64,000 nt of DNA from NCBI GenBank assembly GCA_948805675.1, contig CAQIBN010000002.1, forward strand, positions 39,207-103,206, given 5' to 3'. The DNA comes from an uncultured Clostridia bacterium (GTDB lineage: Bacteria; Bacillota; Clostridia; TANB77; CAG-508). A program made the position numbers and the translations under genes. The notes under the pieces are model-generated. The model did not search any database. It saw nothing but the letters and a program-made list of their open reading frames with translations, and was not told where the DNA came from. How positions within the stretch are numbered: the first letter of the stretch is position 1; each line of letters opens with the position of its first letter. This document shows, in pieces, positions 1 to 10,587 of the stretch.

Positions 1-6
1 AATCGT

Positions 7-249
7 ATGGCAAGTACAATTAGACATAATAGAGCAAGAGGAACACACCAAATTATAGATATGTCTAAAATTGTACTAGATTTAACAAATCATAATTGGA
101 CTGAAGAACAAATTTCTAAACATTTAGGTATGGAACTAGATGAAATTATTAGATTAAAACAAGTAAGTGGCCTAAAAGAGGCTTTTGCAGACCATACTTT
201 TAGTAAATCTTGGGAAGAATTTCAGCAAAAAATTGAAAATGAAGAGTAA
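7..249 (+). CDS. small hypothetical protein, possibly the 3' part of a CDS running off the window edge (the frame is open back to position 1); weak HTH-like segment
   Basis: 80-aa ORF followed by a stem-loop terminator; I recognise no confident family. Confidence 0.3.
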   Translation: MASTIRHNRARGTHQIIDMSKIVLDLTNHNWTEEQISKHLGMELDEIIRLKQVSGLKEAFADHTFSKSWEEFQQKIENEE

Positions 250-316
250 TATAAAAATTGCTAGAAAAGTAAGAAACAATCTTAATTATTGTTAACTTTA
301 AATAGAAGTCTTCTCT

Positions 317-365
317 TAAAAATTGCTTTGAACTTTTAAATAATTTCAAAGCAATTTTTATTTAA
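317..365 (+). terminator. rho-independent terminator
   Basis: inverted repeat aaaaattgctttgaa / ttcaaagcaattttt followed by a T-run. Confidence 0.45.
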
Positions 366-451
366 TATTGATTATTATTTCTCCATATATTAATTTGTTT
401 TTATTTATTAAATACTGCTAAATTTTTACTTCTAAATATGTGTCTTTTCTT

Positions 452-2200
452 TTATACTACTAAATTTGTATAATAAGCATTATATAATTTACTATAATAT
501 CCATCTGGATTACACATAAGTTCATTATGATTTCCTTGTTCTATAATTTGGCCATTATCTAATACAATAATTTTATCAACATTTATAATTGTTGACAATC
601 TATGTGCAATAAAGATTGATGTCTTTTCTTTTGAAATTTTATCAATTGAATATTGTATTAGTTCTTCTGTCTTTGTATCTATATTTGCTGTTGCTTCATC
701 TAATATAAAAATTGATGGAGAATGTGCAAATATTCTTGCAAAAGCAATTAATTGTTTTTGACCAGCAGAAAAAGAATTTCCTCTTTCACTAGCTATTTCA
801 TCAATACCATTTGGCAAAGATTTTATAAAATCCTCTGCTGAGGCTAAATGTATTGTTTCCATTATTTCCTCATCTGAAAGTTTTTCATTTAGTTCAATAT
901 TATCTCTAATACTTTTAGCAAATATAAATGTGTCTTGTAATATAATTCCTATTTTTCTTCTAAGTGAATGTAAGTTTATATCTTTAATATTAATACCATC
1001 TATTAAAATCTCTCCTTTTTGTATTTCATAAAATCGATTTATTAAATTAATAATAGTTGTTTTTCCAGAACCTGTTCTTCCTACAAGAGCAATACTCTCT
1101 CCTGGGTTAATTACAAAACTAACATTTTTTAAAATCCAATTTTCCCCTTCATATGCAAACCATACATTTTTAAATTCAATCTTACCATTTACTTTATCAA
1201 TACTTGTTCCTTTTTTAAAATCTTCTAAATATTCTTTATGGTCTAAAATATCATATATCTTATTAATAGAAACAACTGCTTCTTGTATTGTCTCAAAATT
1301 TTCTACTATTCTTTGTATTGGTTCAAATATTTGTTTTAAATATGTAATAAAAATATAAATAACACCAATCTCTAAGTTAATATTAAATAAATGATTTATA
1401 CAAGTCCATATAATAAATGCAACTCCCAAATTTTCAAAAATAACCATAAATGCAATTAAAAAGCCTTCTATAAACGCTACAGGTATTCTCGATTTATAAA
1501 ATTTATTACATAATTCTGAACATTCTTTTTCCTTTTCATATTGTCTATTAAATATCTTTATTAACTTTACGCCATAGATTGACTCATCTAAAAATATATT
1601 TAATTTTGTTTTTACATTTTTAGAATATTCTCTTACATTTTTACTAATCTTGGTTATAATAATTGATGTTAATGCAACAAAAGGAATTAATAAAAAACAT
1701 ATAATAGCTAATTTATAATCAAGTGATAGCATCATTACTGCTAATGCTATAATCATTACAATATCTTTAATAAATGTTGTAACAACATCTTAAAAAAAAG
1801 TAGTAATATCTTCTACATCACTTGTTATTCTAACAAATAATGTTCCAGATGGTATTTTATCATGAAATGGGATATTACTATATTGAACATATTTATATAA
1901 TTTATTTCTTAAAGAATATATAACATCTTCTCCTACCATATTTGTTGCTGTACTAACAATAAAATCTAAAATATTTCCAATTAACATTATAGCAATATAA
2001 ATTATCCCTATAATTCCAATCGTCATAAATCCCTTTTGCCATAATCCATAACTTAAATAATTATCTATTACTATTTTTATTAAATATGGTTTTACAACTT
2101 CTCCAATATTTATAATAATAGCTAAAATAGATATAGTTATTATAGATTTTGTTTTTGGTTTTAACATTATATATATTCTATTTAAAGTTTGACTTTTCAT
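452..2200 (-). CDS. ABC transporter permease/ATP-binding protein (type I exporter half-transporter); interrupted between ORFs 1790-2200 (N-terminal TMD) and 452-1756
   Basis: Walker A GRTGSGKTT, ABC signature FSAGQKQLIAFARI, Walker B ILDEATANID. The upstream 136-aa ORF supplies the first TM helices. The break falls at an A-run (taaaaaaaag). Strong RBS aagggggaag. Confidence 0.8.
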
Positions 2201-2390
2201 TTATCTTCCCCCTTTTTCTTTTGTTTCTTCTCCCAAACGCAAGAATGACAGAAAATTTGGGATACATTTAATAAAAAAATGACTCACATATGAAATGGTA
2301 GCAATTTTTATTAAATTAAATTGACCACAAATTTCCTATCCCTCTTTAGAATATCATTTTTCTTCTGGACTAACATGTTACTCTTGAGTC

Positions 2391-4136
2391 TTAATCTAAA
2401 AAACTAGGTTGGGATTTTGAGGATTGCTGATTATAGAATTCATTATATATGCCTTTATTTCTAATAAGCTCTTCATGTACACCTTTTTCCACAATTCTTC
2501 CATTATCTAATACAATTATCTTATCACTATATTTTACATCAGATACTTTATTAGAAATAATGATACATGTTTTTTCATCTGATAATTCTTTAATATTTTC
2601 TATTAGTTTCTCTGATGTATTATTATCTAAGGCAGAAAAAGTATCATCAAAAATTAATATACTACTATCTTTTAAAAATGCCCTCGATATTGCAACTCTT
2701 TGTTTTTGTCCCCCAGATAAATCTCCACCTCTCTCACCAATTACAGTATTTATTCCTTTTGGCATTTTTCTAATATCTTCATAAACAATAGCTTTTTTTG
2801 TACTTTCTTTAATTTCATCATCATCATATTCCTCTTTAAATAAACTTATATTATCTTTTAATGTAGATGAGAATAAAAAATTATCTTGTGTTATATAGCA
2901 AATATTATTTCTAAGCATTCGAATTGGAATTTCATTTATATCTTTACCATCTATGAATATAATTCCATCTGGTACACTATATAATCTTGTAAGTAAATTC
3001 ATTAGAGTTGTTTTTCCGCTTCCTATAGTTCCTATTATTCCTAAGGTTTCTCCTTTTTTTATTTCTATATTTATATCTTGCAATGTGCCATCTATAATTC
3101 CTGGATAACTAAAGTTTAAATCTTTTATAATAATATGACCTTCCAATTTCTCTTTTGTTAAAGTCACTTTTTCATTAATTCTTTCTGGTTTTAAATCATA
3201 AATTTTTTCTAATCTCTTATAAGAAATTTGTGCTCTTTTAAAACTAGAAATTAATTGTGGAAGCCATGAAACAGGTCCAACAAATAATACTATAAAACCA
3301 TTAAATGTTACTAATTCCCCTACTGTTATTGTCCCATCTAAAACTAACTTTGAACCATATAGTAAAGCAATTCCATAACAAAATCCAAAACATATATTTA
3401 AAGCTAGTTTTAATAAATTAGAAAATATATCTACTGTATTATTACTTTGATATACTCTTCTATTCTTCTTTAAAAATTCTCTTATTTGCTCATTTTTACA
3501 TGAGTATGCTTTCGTAGTTCTTATACTATCTGTACTTTCTTGTATATATTCAGACATATTGGTAAACATTTCTTGAGATTTCTTAAAACTTTTTTCTACA
3601 TATTTTTTAATTTTTACAACCAAAAATGCTCCTATAATAATTGGTAACATTACTGCTAATGATAAGTATAAATTAACACTTTGTACCATTTGAAAAAAAG
3701 CAATAATAAATGTAAAAGTTATTCTTACTCCATGAGATAAAATTCTGAATGCTGCGCTTCTAATCTCATTAGTATCTTTTACAAAGTAAGACATAATTTC
3801 ACCATTTTTAATATTTTGTATATCTTTTAGTTTTAATTTCATAAATCTTTTAAATAAATCAATTTTAATATCTTTTTCAAATCCTCTATTTATATAACAA
3901 TCAATATATTTCCATGTAATTCTTACAACTAGCATAACAACACATACTATCAACAGAAAATATATACTATTCAAAATTCTTTGTTTATTAGGTTCTAAGT
4001 CATATAACATATCTACAATTTGCCCAATAATTTTAGGTGGATATGTTAATAAGTATATATTAACTCCTAATAATATAATTTGAATTAATATTCTCCATTT
4101 ATAATTCTTTAGTGAATCTATTATAACTTTCTTCAT
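2391..4136 (-). CDS. ABC transporter permease/ATP-binding protein (type I exporter half-transporter, probable heterodimer partner of 452-2200)
   Basis: 581 aa; 6-TM N-terminal domain; Walker A GTIGSGKTT, signature LSGGQKQRVAISRAF, Walker B LIFDDTFSALD. Confidence 0.85.
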   Translation of the reverse strand: MKKVIIDSLKNYKWRILIQIILLGVNIYLLTYPPKIIGQIVDMLYDLEPNKQRILNSIYFLLIVCVVMLVVRITWKYIDCYINRGFEKDIKIDLFKRFMKLKLKDIQNIKNGEIMSYFVKDTNEIRSAAFRILSHGVRITFTFIIAFFQMVQSVNLYLSLAVMLPIIIGAFLVVKIKKYVEKSFKKSQEMFTNMSEYIQESTDSIRTTKAYSCKNEQIREFLKKNRRVYQSNNTVDIFSNLLKLALNICFGFCYGIALLYGSKLVLDGTITVGELVTFNGFIVLFVGPVSWLPQLISSFKRAQISYKRLEKIYDLKPERINEKVTLTKEKLEGHIIIKDLNFSYPGIIDGTLQDINIEIKKGETLGIIGTIGSGKTTLMNLLTRLYSVPDGIIFIDGKDINEIPIRMLRNNICYITQDNFLFSSTLKDNISLFKEEYDDDEIKESTKKAIVYEDIRKMPKGINTVIGERGGDLSGGQKQRVAISRAFLKDSSILIFDDTFSALDNNTSEKLIENIKELSDEKTCIIISNKVSDVKYSDKIIVLDNGRIVEKGVHEELIRNKGIYNEFYNQQSSKSQPSFLD

Positions 4137-4555
4137 AAATTCTTCTTCCTATGTATATATTTTTTATTATTTTTAATTTTCTATTTTATTGTGTATAGAC
4201 ATTTTAGACTTTATTTTTATTATAAATTAATTTTATTTCATCAAATTTATTCTAATTATTACATAATTACATATTATTTTGTAATAAAGTAGCTATTATT
4301 TGTCAACTCCACAATATATGTGTTACTTATATCTTTTTTATTAAAAAATATATGATTCTTTAATGAATACGCATATTTGCACATTATAATATTATATATT
4401 TGACATTAAAATTAAATGTTAAAAATGCACTCTTTATTTCTTTTTCTTAAATAAAGAAATAAATGCAAAAATAAAGAGTTAGTACAATTTCTATAAACAA
4501 CCCTTTATCTTTACATTTCTATTATAAAATATTTTACACTATTCTTTATTATACT

Positions 4556-5317
4556 TTAATTAATATCTTTCATCTTTGATTTTTTTATAATAAATATAAT
4601 CATTATTACTATGCAAATACATAAAACTAATAACCATATTGGATTTATACCAGTCTGTGGTAATTTACTTGTAGCAAGATTTTCATTTTGGTTATTTTTT
4701 GATTCTTCTATTTTATTTTCTTCAGAATTTGTTTTATTATTTTCTGTTTCTTGCTTTACTTTTACACCATTTGTAATATATCTATTATCACTTTTTATCT
4801 TTGCATATAATATTTGTGTAGAATCACTTTGAGTATCTATATATACAGCTCTCTTTTCTCTTACATTATCTTTAACTAAAAAACATAATTTTACTAAATC
4901 TACTTTATTATTATCTATAGCTTTTAACCTATTATTTTCCTCATTTCTTCCTAAGAAAACACATTCATTTTCATTAAACTGCATTTTCCAATTATTATTA
5001 TCATATAATTGTATGTAGCTTTGATTATTAAATACACCTTTTTCTCCTAAATCTAGTGTTTTATCTTTTAAATCTAGATATTCTAAATAAGTATTATCAT
5101 ATTCTATTTTACATTTAACACTAGATAATTCTCCTGCATAGGTCTTTGCTGATAATGTTATAACATAATAAAGTTTACCATCCTTTTCAACAAATCCATT
5201 ACTATTACTGGTATCATCAAATTGTAATTCACATGTTACAGCATACACTGTTTTACTAGAACATATAATAAATATTAATATACAAAACATAACACCTAAA
5301 ATACACCTTTTTCTCAT
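4556..5317 (-). CDS. sortase-anchored surface protein (LPQTG) with a cohesin-like domain
   Basis: Signal peptide MRKRCILGVMFCILIFIICSSKTVYA. C-terminal LPQTG + hydrophobic helix + KKSKMK tail. A roughly 140-aa domain with a cohesin-like pattern (VKCKIEYDNTYLEYL resembles the cohesin CDFVFxYDPNVLEII strand). Confidence 0.55.
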   Translation of the reverse strand: MRKRCILGVMFCILIFIICSSKTVYAVTCELQFDDTSNSNGFVEKDGKLYYVITLSAKTYAGELSSVKCKIEYDNTYLEYLDLKDKTLDLGEKGVFNNQSYIQLYDNNNWKMQFNENECVFLGRNEENNRLKAIDNNKVDLVKLCFLVKDNVREKRAVYIDTQSDSTQILYAKIKSDNRYITNGVKVKQETENNKTNSEENKIEESKNNQNENLATSKLPQTGINPIWLLVLCICIVIMIIFIIKKSKMKDIN

Positions 5318-5328
5318 TATATATATTC

Positions 5329-5886
5329 CTACCTTTTCTTTCCTTTTATAATTATAATAGTAATAATTGCTACTATAACAATTAGAGCAACTATATATAT
5401 TATATTAAATTTAGATTGCACACCTATATTTATGTACATATTTTTACTATCTTCCATATTAATTGTACTATCTATAATATTAACTGTCACTTTATCATTT
5501 ATTAATTTAACATTTTCCTTTACTTTCATTGAAATTTCTAATGTATTGTCACCTTTTGTTCCTTCTATTGTATTTAAAATTATGTCACCTTTTCTATTAA
5601 CAGTAGCTACATATACATTTTTACCTGCTGATATTTTGGCCAAATCTTTATAGGCTTCATTTTGTATAATTTCAATTTTATCTTCATTAAAATCTAATTT
5701 ACATTGTATAGTTGCATAATCTTCACTTAAATTAAATTTTAATCTTATTTTAAATTCTTCTCCTGGTTGGATTTTAGTTAAATCTTTATCTGTACTTACA
5801 TTAATAGAATTCGCACTACAACTACTATAAATTGAGAATAATATTAGAAATATAGTTATAGTTATTATAGTAATTCTCTTTTTCAT
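5329..5886 (-). CDS. secreted, membrane-anchored protein with a cohesin-like domain
   Basis: Signal peptide; one domain of about 135 aa (QPGEEFKIRLKF ... ATIQCKLDFNEDKIEII resembles cohesin type I KPGDTVNIPVRF ... ANCDFVFSYDPNVLEII); C-terminal TM helix + KGKKR. Confidence 0.5.
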   Translation of the reverse strand: MKKRITIITITIFLILFSIYSSCSANSINVSTDKDLTKIQPGEEFKIRLKFNLSEDYATIQCKLDFNEDKIEIIQNEAYKDLAKISAGKNVYVATVNRKGDIILNTIEGTKGDNTLEISMKVKENVKLINDKVTVNIIDSTINMEDSKNMYINIGVQSKFNIIYIVALIVIVAIITIIIIKGKKR

Positions 5887-5901
5887 ATTTATCTCCCTTT
5901 A

Positions 5902-8037
5902 TTATTGTTGTGGTATATTTGATATTAGCTCTGCAATATAGTTTATTAAAATTGCAGAATCTGCCAAATCTACTTTTCCATCCATATTTACATCTGCTGA
6001 ACATAGCTGTTCTTCTGTTAATGTTATTGATTCTTTATCTAAAAGATATTGATTTAGAAACACAAGGTCATTTATATTTACTTCACCATTATTATCTACA
6101 TCACCAAATATAGCAGTCATAGAATATTTATTTGCATTTTCAATCTGCTCATCTAATAATCCAGTTGTTGTTTCATCTAACCCTTTTAATGTTTTGGATA
6201 ATTTTACTGCATCAAAAACATCAATTTTTCCATTTCCATCTATATCTGCTTGTTCTAAGTCTATTTCTATTTTGTTATTTACTGTGTATTGTGCAATTAA
6301 ATTTGCATCATAAAAATCTATAATACCATCTTTATTAACATCACCTTTTTGTCCACTTCTTGGTACAATAAAGTAACTTTTTCCTAATAACTCTAAAGAT
6401 TCCCCTTGCAAATATGTATTTGTTTTACCATATTCATCTAATGCTTTAGAAAGTTTAATTGCATCAAAAACATCTACTTTTCCATCCTTATTTATATCTG
6501 AAGCATCGTTATTAATATTTATAGACTCATTTGTGGAATATTCTATTATCATTTTAACATCTGCATAATCTATAATACCATCTCCATTTACATCTCCAAC
6601 TGCATTTTTAAATGCTTTTATATAAGTAACTTTAGATGTATCTCCTGTATATAAAATATTGGTTAATGCTATTTGGTCATAGAAATTTACTATACCATCA
6701 CTATTTATATCTCCTTTTTTATCATTAGAATCTAACTCTGATATTTTAACAACATCATCTATATTTATAACACCATCATTATTTAAATCTGCAGTAGTAT
6801 CCTTAGGTGCCTTTATATATAATAAATAAATTGCATTTTCACTCTCTAATGCTTTATTTATGCATTCTACATCTTTTTTATCTACCTTACCATCACCATT
6901 TACATCTCCTTTTTCTATTGATATAGAAGATAATTTGCTATTTAACATTTCTGCATCTTTATAATTAATAATTTTATCCCCATTTATATCTCCATGTACA
7001 TTTGCAAGATTATTTTGATTTGATGGAATAATAAAATTAATATATTTTAGACTATTATTATTTATAGCTTCTTTTAATGCCTCTTTATCTTCTTTATCTA
7101 TTTTTCCATCACCATTTAAATCTGCAATAGTTTTATCTGTGCATTTTAATATTTCTTGAACATCAAGATTATCAATTCTTAAATCTTTATTTATATCTCC
7201 TCTTGAATTTTCTTTTACTAAAATAAAATTATCAACTTCTCCAAGTTTCTTATTTTTAATTTTAGATTCATAATCCATAGTTACTATTGTATTTTGCTTA
7301 TTAGAATTTATCTCTCCATCTTTTAATAATTCAATTATGATTTCTTTTCCTATATCTTTAATATTAGAAATAAGCATTTTATATGTTATTGAATCATTTG
7401 TTTGAGAATCATATTCTACTCTTCTAATACTATCTCCAATTTTTACTTTTAGTATTGGTGCTTGTATAACTTTTACTGGTTTATCAAATTTTATATTAAT
7501 ATAGTAAGCTCCACCTTTTTCAATCTTATATGTCACATTAGATGCTGTTATTGTAACTTTTTCTGGTGGCGATTCTGGCTGTTCATAATTTGTTTCGTAG
7601 TCTTCATAATATGGATTGTTTCCGCTTGTTTGAGTATATTCAGGTGATTTTATATTATTTTTTTTATTATTTTGAGAATCTGTAGCAACCTCTTTTATCT
7701 TATCAGTAAAAAAATAATATCTTTTATATATAGTTTTATCTTTATCATTTAGATTTCTTCCTGTAACCTCAACAACTCTTGTACATTCTGTTATAGTCTT
7801 TCTCTTCCCACCAATAGTCTTGTTGTACGTTTCATATTTACGAGTATGTGTTGAGTTAATACTTTTCCACATTATACCTGCCATATTGAAATCTTGTCTA
7901 AATTTTTGTTCCGCTTCTTTTATAATTTCACTATCTGTTTTCATTGCTTGTACATCATGAGCACATATAAGTACATTACATAGATTAAATAAAATTATAA
8001 AAGCTAATAAAAAAACTAATTTCTTCATATGTTTCAT
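5902..8037 (-). CDS. secreted protein with six tandem type I dockerin modules (N-terminal 270-aa domain of unknown function)
   Basis: Signal peptide. Twelve calcium-binding segments of the form GDVNGDGKVDKKDVECINKAL / DLNGDGKIDKEDKEALKEAI, arranged as 6 pairs across the C-terminal 440 aa. Confidence 0.8.
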   Translation of the reverse strand: MKHMKKLVFLLAFIILFNLCNVLICAHDVQAMKTDSEIIKEAEQKFRQDFNMAGIMWKSINSTHTRKYETYNKTIGGKRKTITECTRVVEVTGRNLNDKDKTIYKRYYFFTDKIKEVATDSQNNKKNNIKSPEYTQTSGNNPYYEDYETNYEQPESPPEKVTITASNVTYKIEKGGAYYINIKFDKPVKVIQAPILKVKIGDSIRRVEYDSQTNDSITYKMLISNIKDIGKEIIIELLKDGEINSNKQNTIVTMDYESKIKNKKLGEVDNFILVKENSRGDINKDLRIDNLDVQEILKCTDKTIADLNGDGKIDKEDKEALKEAINNNSLKYINFIIPSNQNNLANVHGDINGDKIINYKDAEMLNSKLSSISIEKGDVNGDGKVDKKDVECINKALESENAIYLLYIKAPKDTTADLNNDGVINIDDVVKISELDSNDKKGDINSDGIVNFYDQIALTNILYTGDTSKVTYIKAFKNAVGDVNGDGIIDYADVKMIIEYSTNESININNDASDINKDGKVDVFDAIKLSKALDEYGKTNTYLQGESLELLGKSYFIVPRSGQKGDVNKDGIIDFYDANLIAQYTVNNKIEIDLEQADIDGNGKIDVFDAVKLSKTLKGLDETTTGLLDEQIENANKYSMTAIFGDVDNNGEVNINDLVFLNQYLLDKESITLTEEQLCSADVNMDGKVDLADSAILINYIAELISNIPQQ

Positions 8038-8439
8038 TTCTCTTTTTCCCCCTTGTTTATAAATATATATTTAAAGAATCATACTAATGAAGAAATATGG
8101 CATATTTATATGTCTTTTTCAAATCATTTTGTAATATTATGACAAATATAATCATTTTTTTGTTAAAAATCTAATATACTTTTTTCTTCATTATATTTTT
8201 AACTTATCATAAACTGTAGAAATATAGTATATACATTTGCATTTTATATAATCATTTTGTAATGTAAAATTTTACCTAAAGAAATAGATTTTTTTTATTA
8301 AGAATTTTTCATTATGTATTTTATTCTAATATATGTGTTTAATGCCCAGAGGAATTTAACAAAATTTTCACTCTGAGCAGTTATTATAAAAAACTATATT
8401 ACCATTTCTATAAATTATTTATATCCTAATCTATTGTAG

Positions 8440-8880
8440 TACTTGTTCTTCCTGTTCCTACTACATCCTCTTGTAAAGATCTCCAAGTATTACATCCAAT
8501 AAAACCATCTGCTTGTAAACCTCTACTTCTTTGATAATTAATTGTAGCCTCTCTTGTTCTACTGCCAAATATTCCGGTCTAATCCTCCTGTTCTATATCC
8601 AAGTGTATTTAAATCATCTTGTGCTATTAATACATATGCTCCTTTTGAGCCTTGTGAAATTTGCGGATATCCTGCAAAGCCTTGACAAGCTGGAGTTCCT
8701 CTTCTTTTATCAAAGTGTACCCATGTTGGTGTTAGATATGCTGGTTCCACATAACTCCATACACCAGAATTTATTGCACTATTTCTTAAAGCATTTCTTC
8801 CGAGAATTTGTTAATCTTTGGCCTACATCAAAAGCCACTCCTGCATAATGTTGTGTTTGTGTACACACAGTTGAACATTT
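8440..8880 (-). pseudogene. remnant of a phage-type endolysin (peptidase M15 catalytic fragment + PG_binding_1 domain), multiply frameshifted and 5'-truncated
   Basis: Minus-strand frames give TQHYAGVAFDVG (SxHxxGxAxD zinc motif), WVHFD, and YQRSRGLQADGFIGCNTWRSLQ (peptidoglycan-binding repeat). Local GC is clearly higher than the surroundings. Confidence 0.55.
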
Positions 8881-8918
8881 TTATTTTTAAACTAACTCTA
8901 TTTTAGAAACAGTTTAAT

Positions 8919-10502
8919 TTATATTAATTTTTCTATATCTATTTTTAATTCAAATTTTGCTGATTTATCATGATAAATATAAATTTTATCAATTAGCATG
9001 TTTAATATTGCTTTATCTGGCTCATCAGTTTCTATAATTTGATTAAAATAGTCTATTGTTTGTTTTAATTTTTCTTGCTTTATTTCTAAATCTTCATTTT
9101 GTAATTCTTGCAATTTCTTCTTTACTTTTTCTATCTCTTTATATTTTTCTTCTTCTAAACTCTTATATGTATTTTCTATAAATATCCTTTTGCCTTCTAT
9201 GTTAGAAGCTATTTCTTTTATTCTTTGACTTACTAAAACTTTATATTCCGCTTCTAAATTTTTTAAATTTAATTTTATCTCTTCAAGATTTTTCTTTTTA
9301 GTTGATTTATATTCTTCTAGTTTCAAGTTTTCTATTTCTTCTATATAGTTATCTTTTAGTAGTATCAAAAAATTCTTAAAATTAGCAAGTAATATATCTT
9401 CTCTCACATTATGACATACACATCTTGACTTTCCATATTTTCTATAAGCAACACACTCATATAATTTTTTAGGAACATAATCTTCTTTTTTGCTACGAAC
9501 TCTTGCTACACCTGTAACACTTCCACCACATTCTCCACATCTTAAAAATCCACCAAATAGGTAATCTCTTTTTTTCTTTGTATACATACTTGAATTTTTC
9601 ACTCTTTTTTTCATCATTTCTTGAACTCTTTCAAATTGTTCTTTTGAGATAATTGCTTCATGATGATTTTCAAATATATATTGATCTTCTCTTTTTATTT
9701 TTTTGCCTTGCTTATGAATATCTTTTCTCTCAGTTTTATGAGTAATTGCAGTTCCTATGTATATTTCATCTTTTAGGATTCTCTTTATCATATAAATATC
9801 CCATAATTTCTTAACTGTTTTTTTATAACTTTTTCCTTTTTTACTTAACTCTCTTTCTATAACCTGTGATGGTGTTAAAAAATCATATTCGAAATTTAGC
9901 TTATGACATATTTTTCTCATTCCTAGACCTTGCTCGTATAAATTAAATATTGTTGTTATTGTATCTCTTACATTTTCATCAACTATTAACTCTCCTTTTT
10001 TAGCAGTTTTTAAATATCCAAATTTTGTACCTTGCAACAAGATTCCTTTTTCTAATTGCTTGTGCATACCTATTTTTACTTTTTTGGATACTTCTTTTAC
10101 ATATCTTTCATTAAACCATGTTGAAAGACCTAGTAAATCATCATCTCCTTCTAATAAATTAAATTCTCCAAAAGTATCTTTTGTTAGTATTAGATTTACA
10201 TTTTTCTCTTTTAAATCATCTATAAATGTAAGTGTTCTGCTACCTTTACGACCTATTCTTGATAAGTCTTTTGCCAAAATAATATCTACTTTTCCATCCT
10301 CAATGTCACCCAGCATTTTACTAAATTCTGGTCGCTCATCATTTGAAATATATCCTGATACATTATCATCAATATAATATTTAGATATATCCCAACCTTT
10401 GGAATCTGCATATTCTTTTGCTAATTCTACTTGAGCATCAATACTACTATATCTACTTTTGTTATCATCTTTACTTAACCTACAGTAACATACAACTTTC
10501 AA
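8919..10502 (-). CDS. large serine recombinase (resolvase/invertase-type catalytic domain + recombinase domain + zinc ribbon + coiled coil)
   Basis: 527 aa. N-terminal YCRLSKDD...IDAQ catalytic serine region, central recombinase domain, Cys cluster CGECGG...C..C, Lys/Glu-rich coiled-coil tail. Confidence 0.8.
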   Translation of the reverse strand: MKVVCYCRLSKDDNKSRYSSIDAQVELAKEYADSKGWDISKYYIDDNVSGYISNDERPEFSKMLGDIEDGKVDIILAKDLSRIGRKGSRTLTFIDDLKEKNVNLILTKDTFGEFNLLEGDDDLLGLSTWFNERYVKEVSKKVKIGMHKQLEKGILLQGTKFGYLKTAKKGELIVDENVRDTITTIFNLYEQGLGMRKICHKLNFEYDFLTPSQVIERELSKKGKSYKKTVKKLWDIYMIKRILKDEIYIGTAITHKTERKDIHKQGKKIKREDQYIFENHHEAIISKEQFERVQEMMKKRVKNSSMYTKKKRDYLFGGFLRCGECGGSVTGVARVRSKKEDYVPKKLYECVAYRKYGKSRCVCHNVREDILLANFKNFLILLKDNYIEEIENLKLEEYKSTKKKNLEEIKLNLKNLEAEYKVLVSQRIKEIASNIEGKRIFIENTYKSLEEEKYKEIEKVKKKLQELQNEDLEIKQEKLKQTIDYFNQIIETDEPDKAILNMLIDKIYIYHDKSAKFELKIDIEKLI

Positions 10503-10587
10503 TATATTTATCCTTTCCGAAGATAAATATATTTGTGCTTTTAGATTAGTTATATATTATCTTCTTTTTATGACAAATGCAATCTTT

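Noticed and set aside
2201-2390. Possible terminator or attenuator in the 190-bp gap between the two ABC transporter genes
   Set aside because: No convincing stem followed by a U-run on the coding strand.
2449-2784. Plus-strand 111-aa ORF inside the ABC transporter gene
   Set aside because: Antisense shadow ORF, hydrophobic low-complexity, no RBS.
8531-8848. Plus-strand 105-aa ORF and minus-strand 63-aa ORF in the 8.4-8.9 kb region
   Set aside because: Both are pieces or the antisense of the decayed endolysin remnant; neither is an intact gene.
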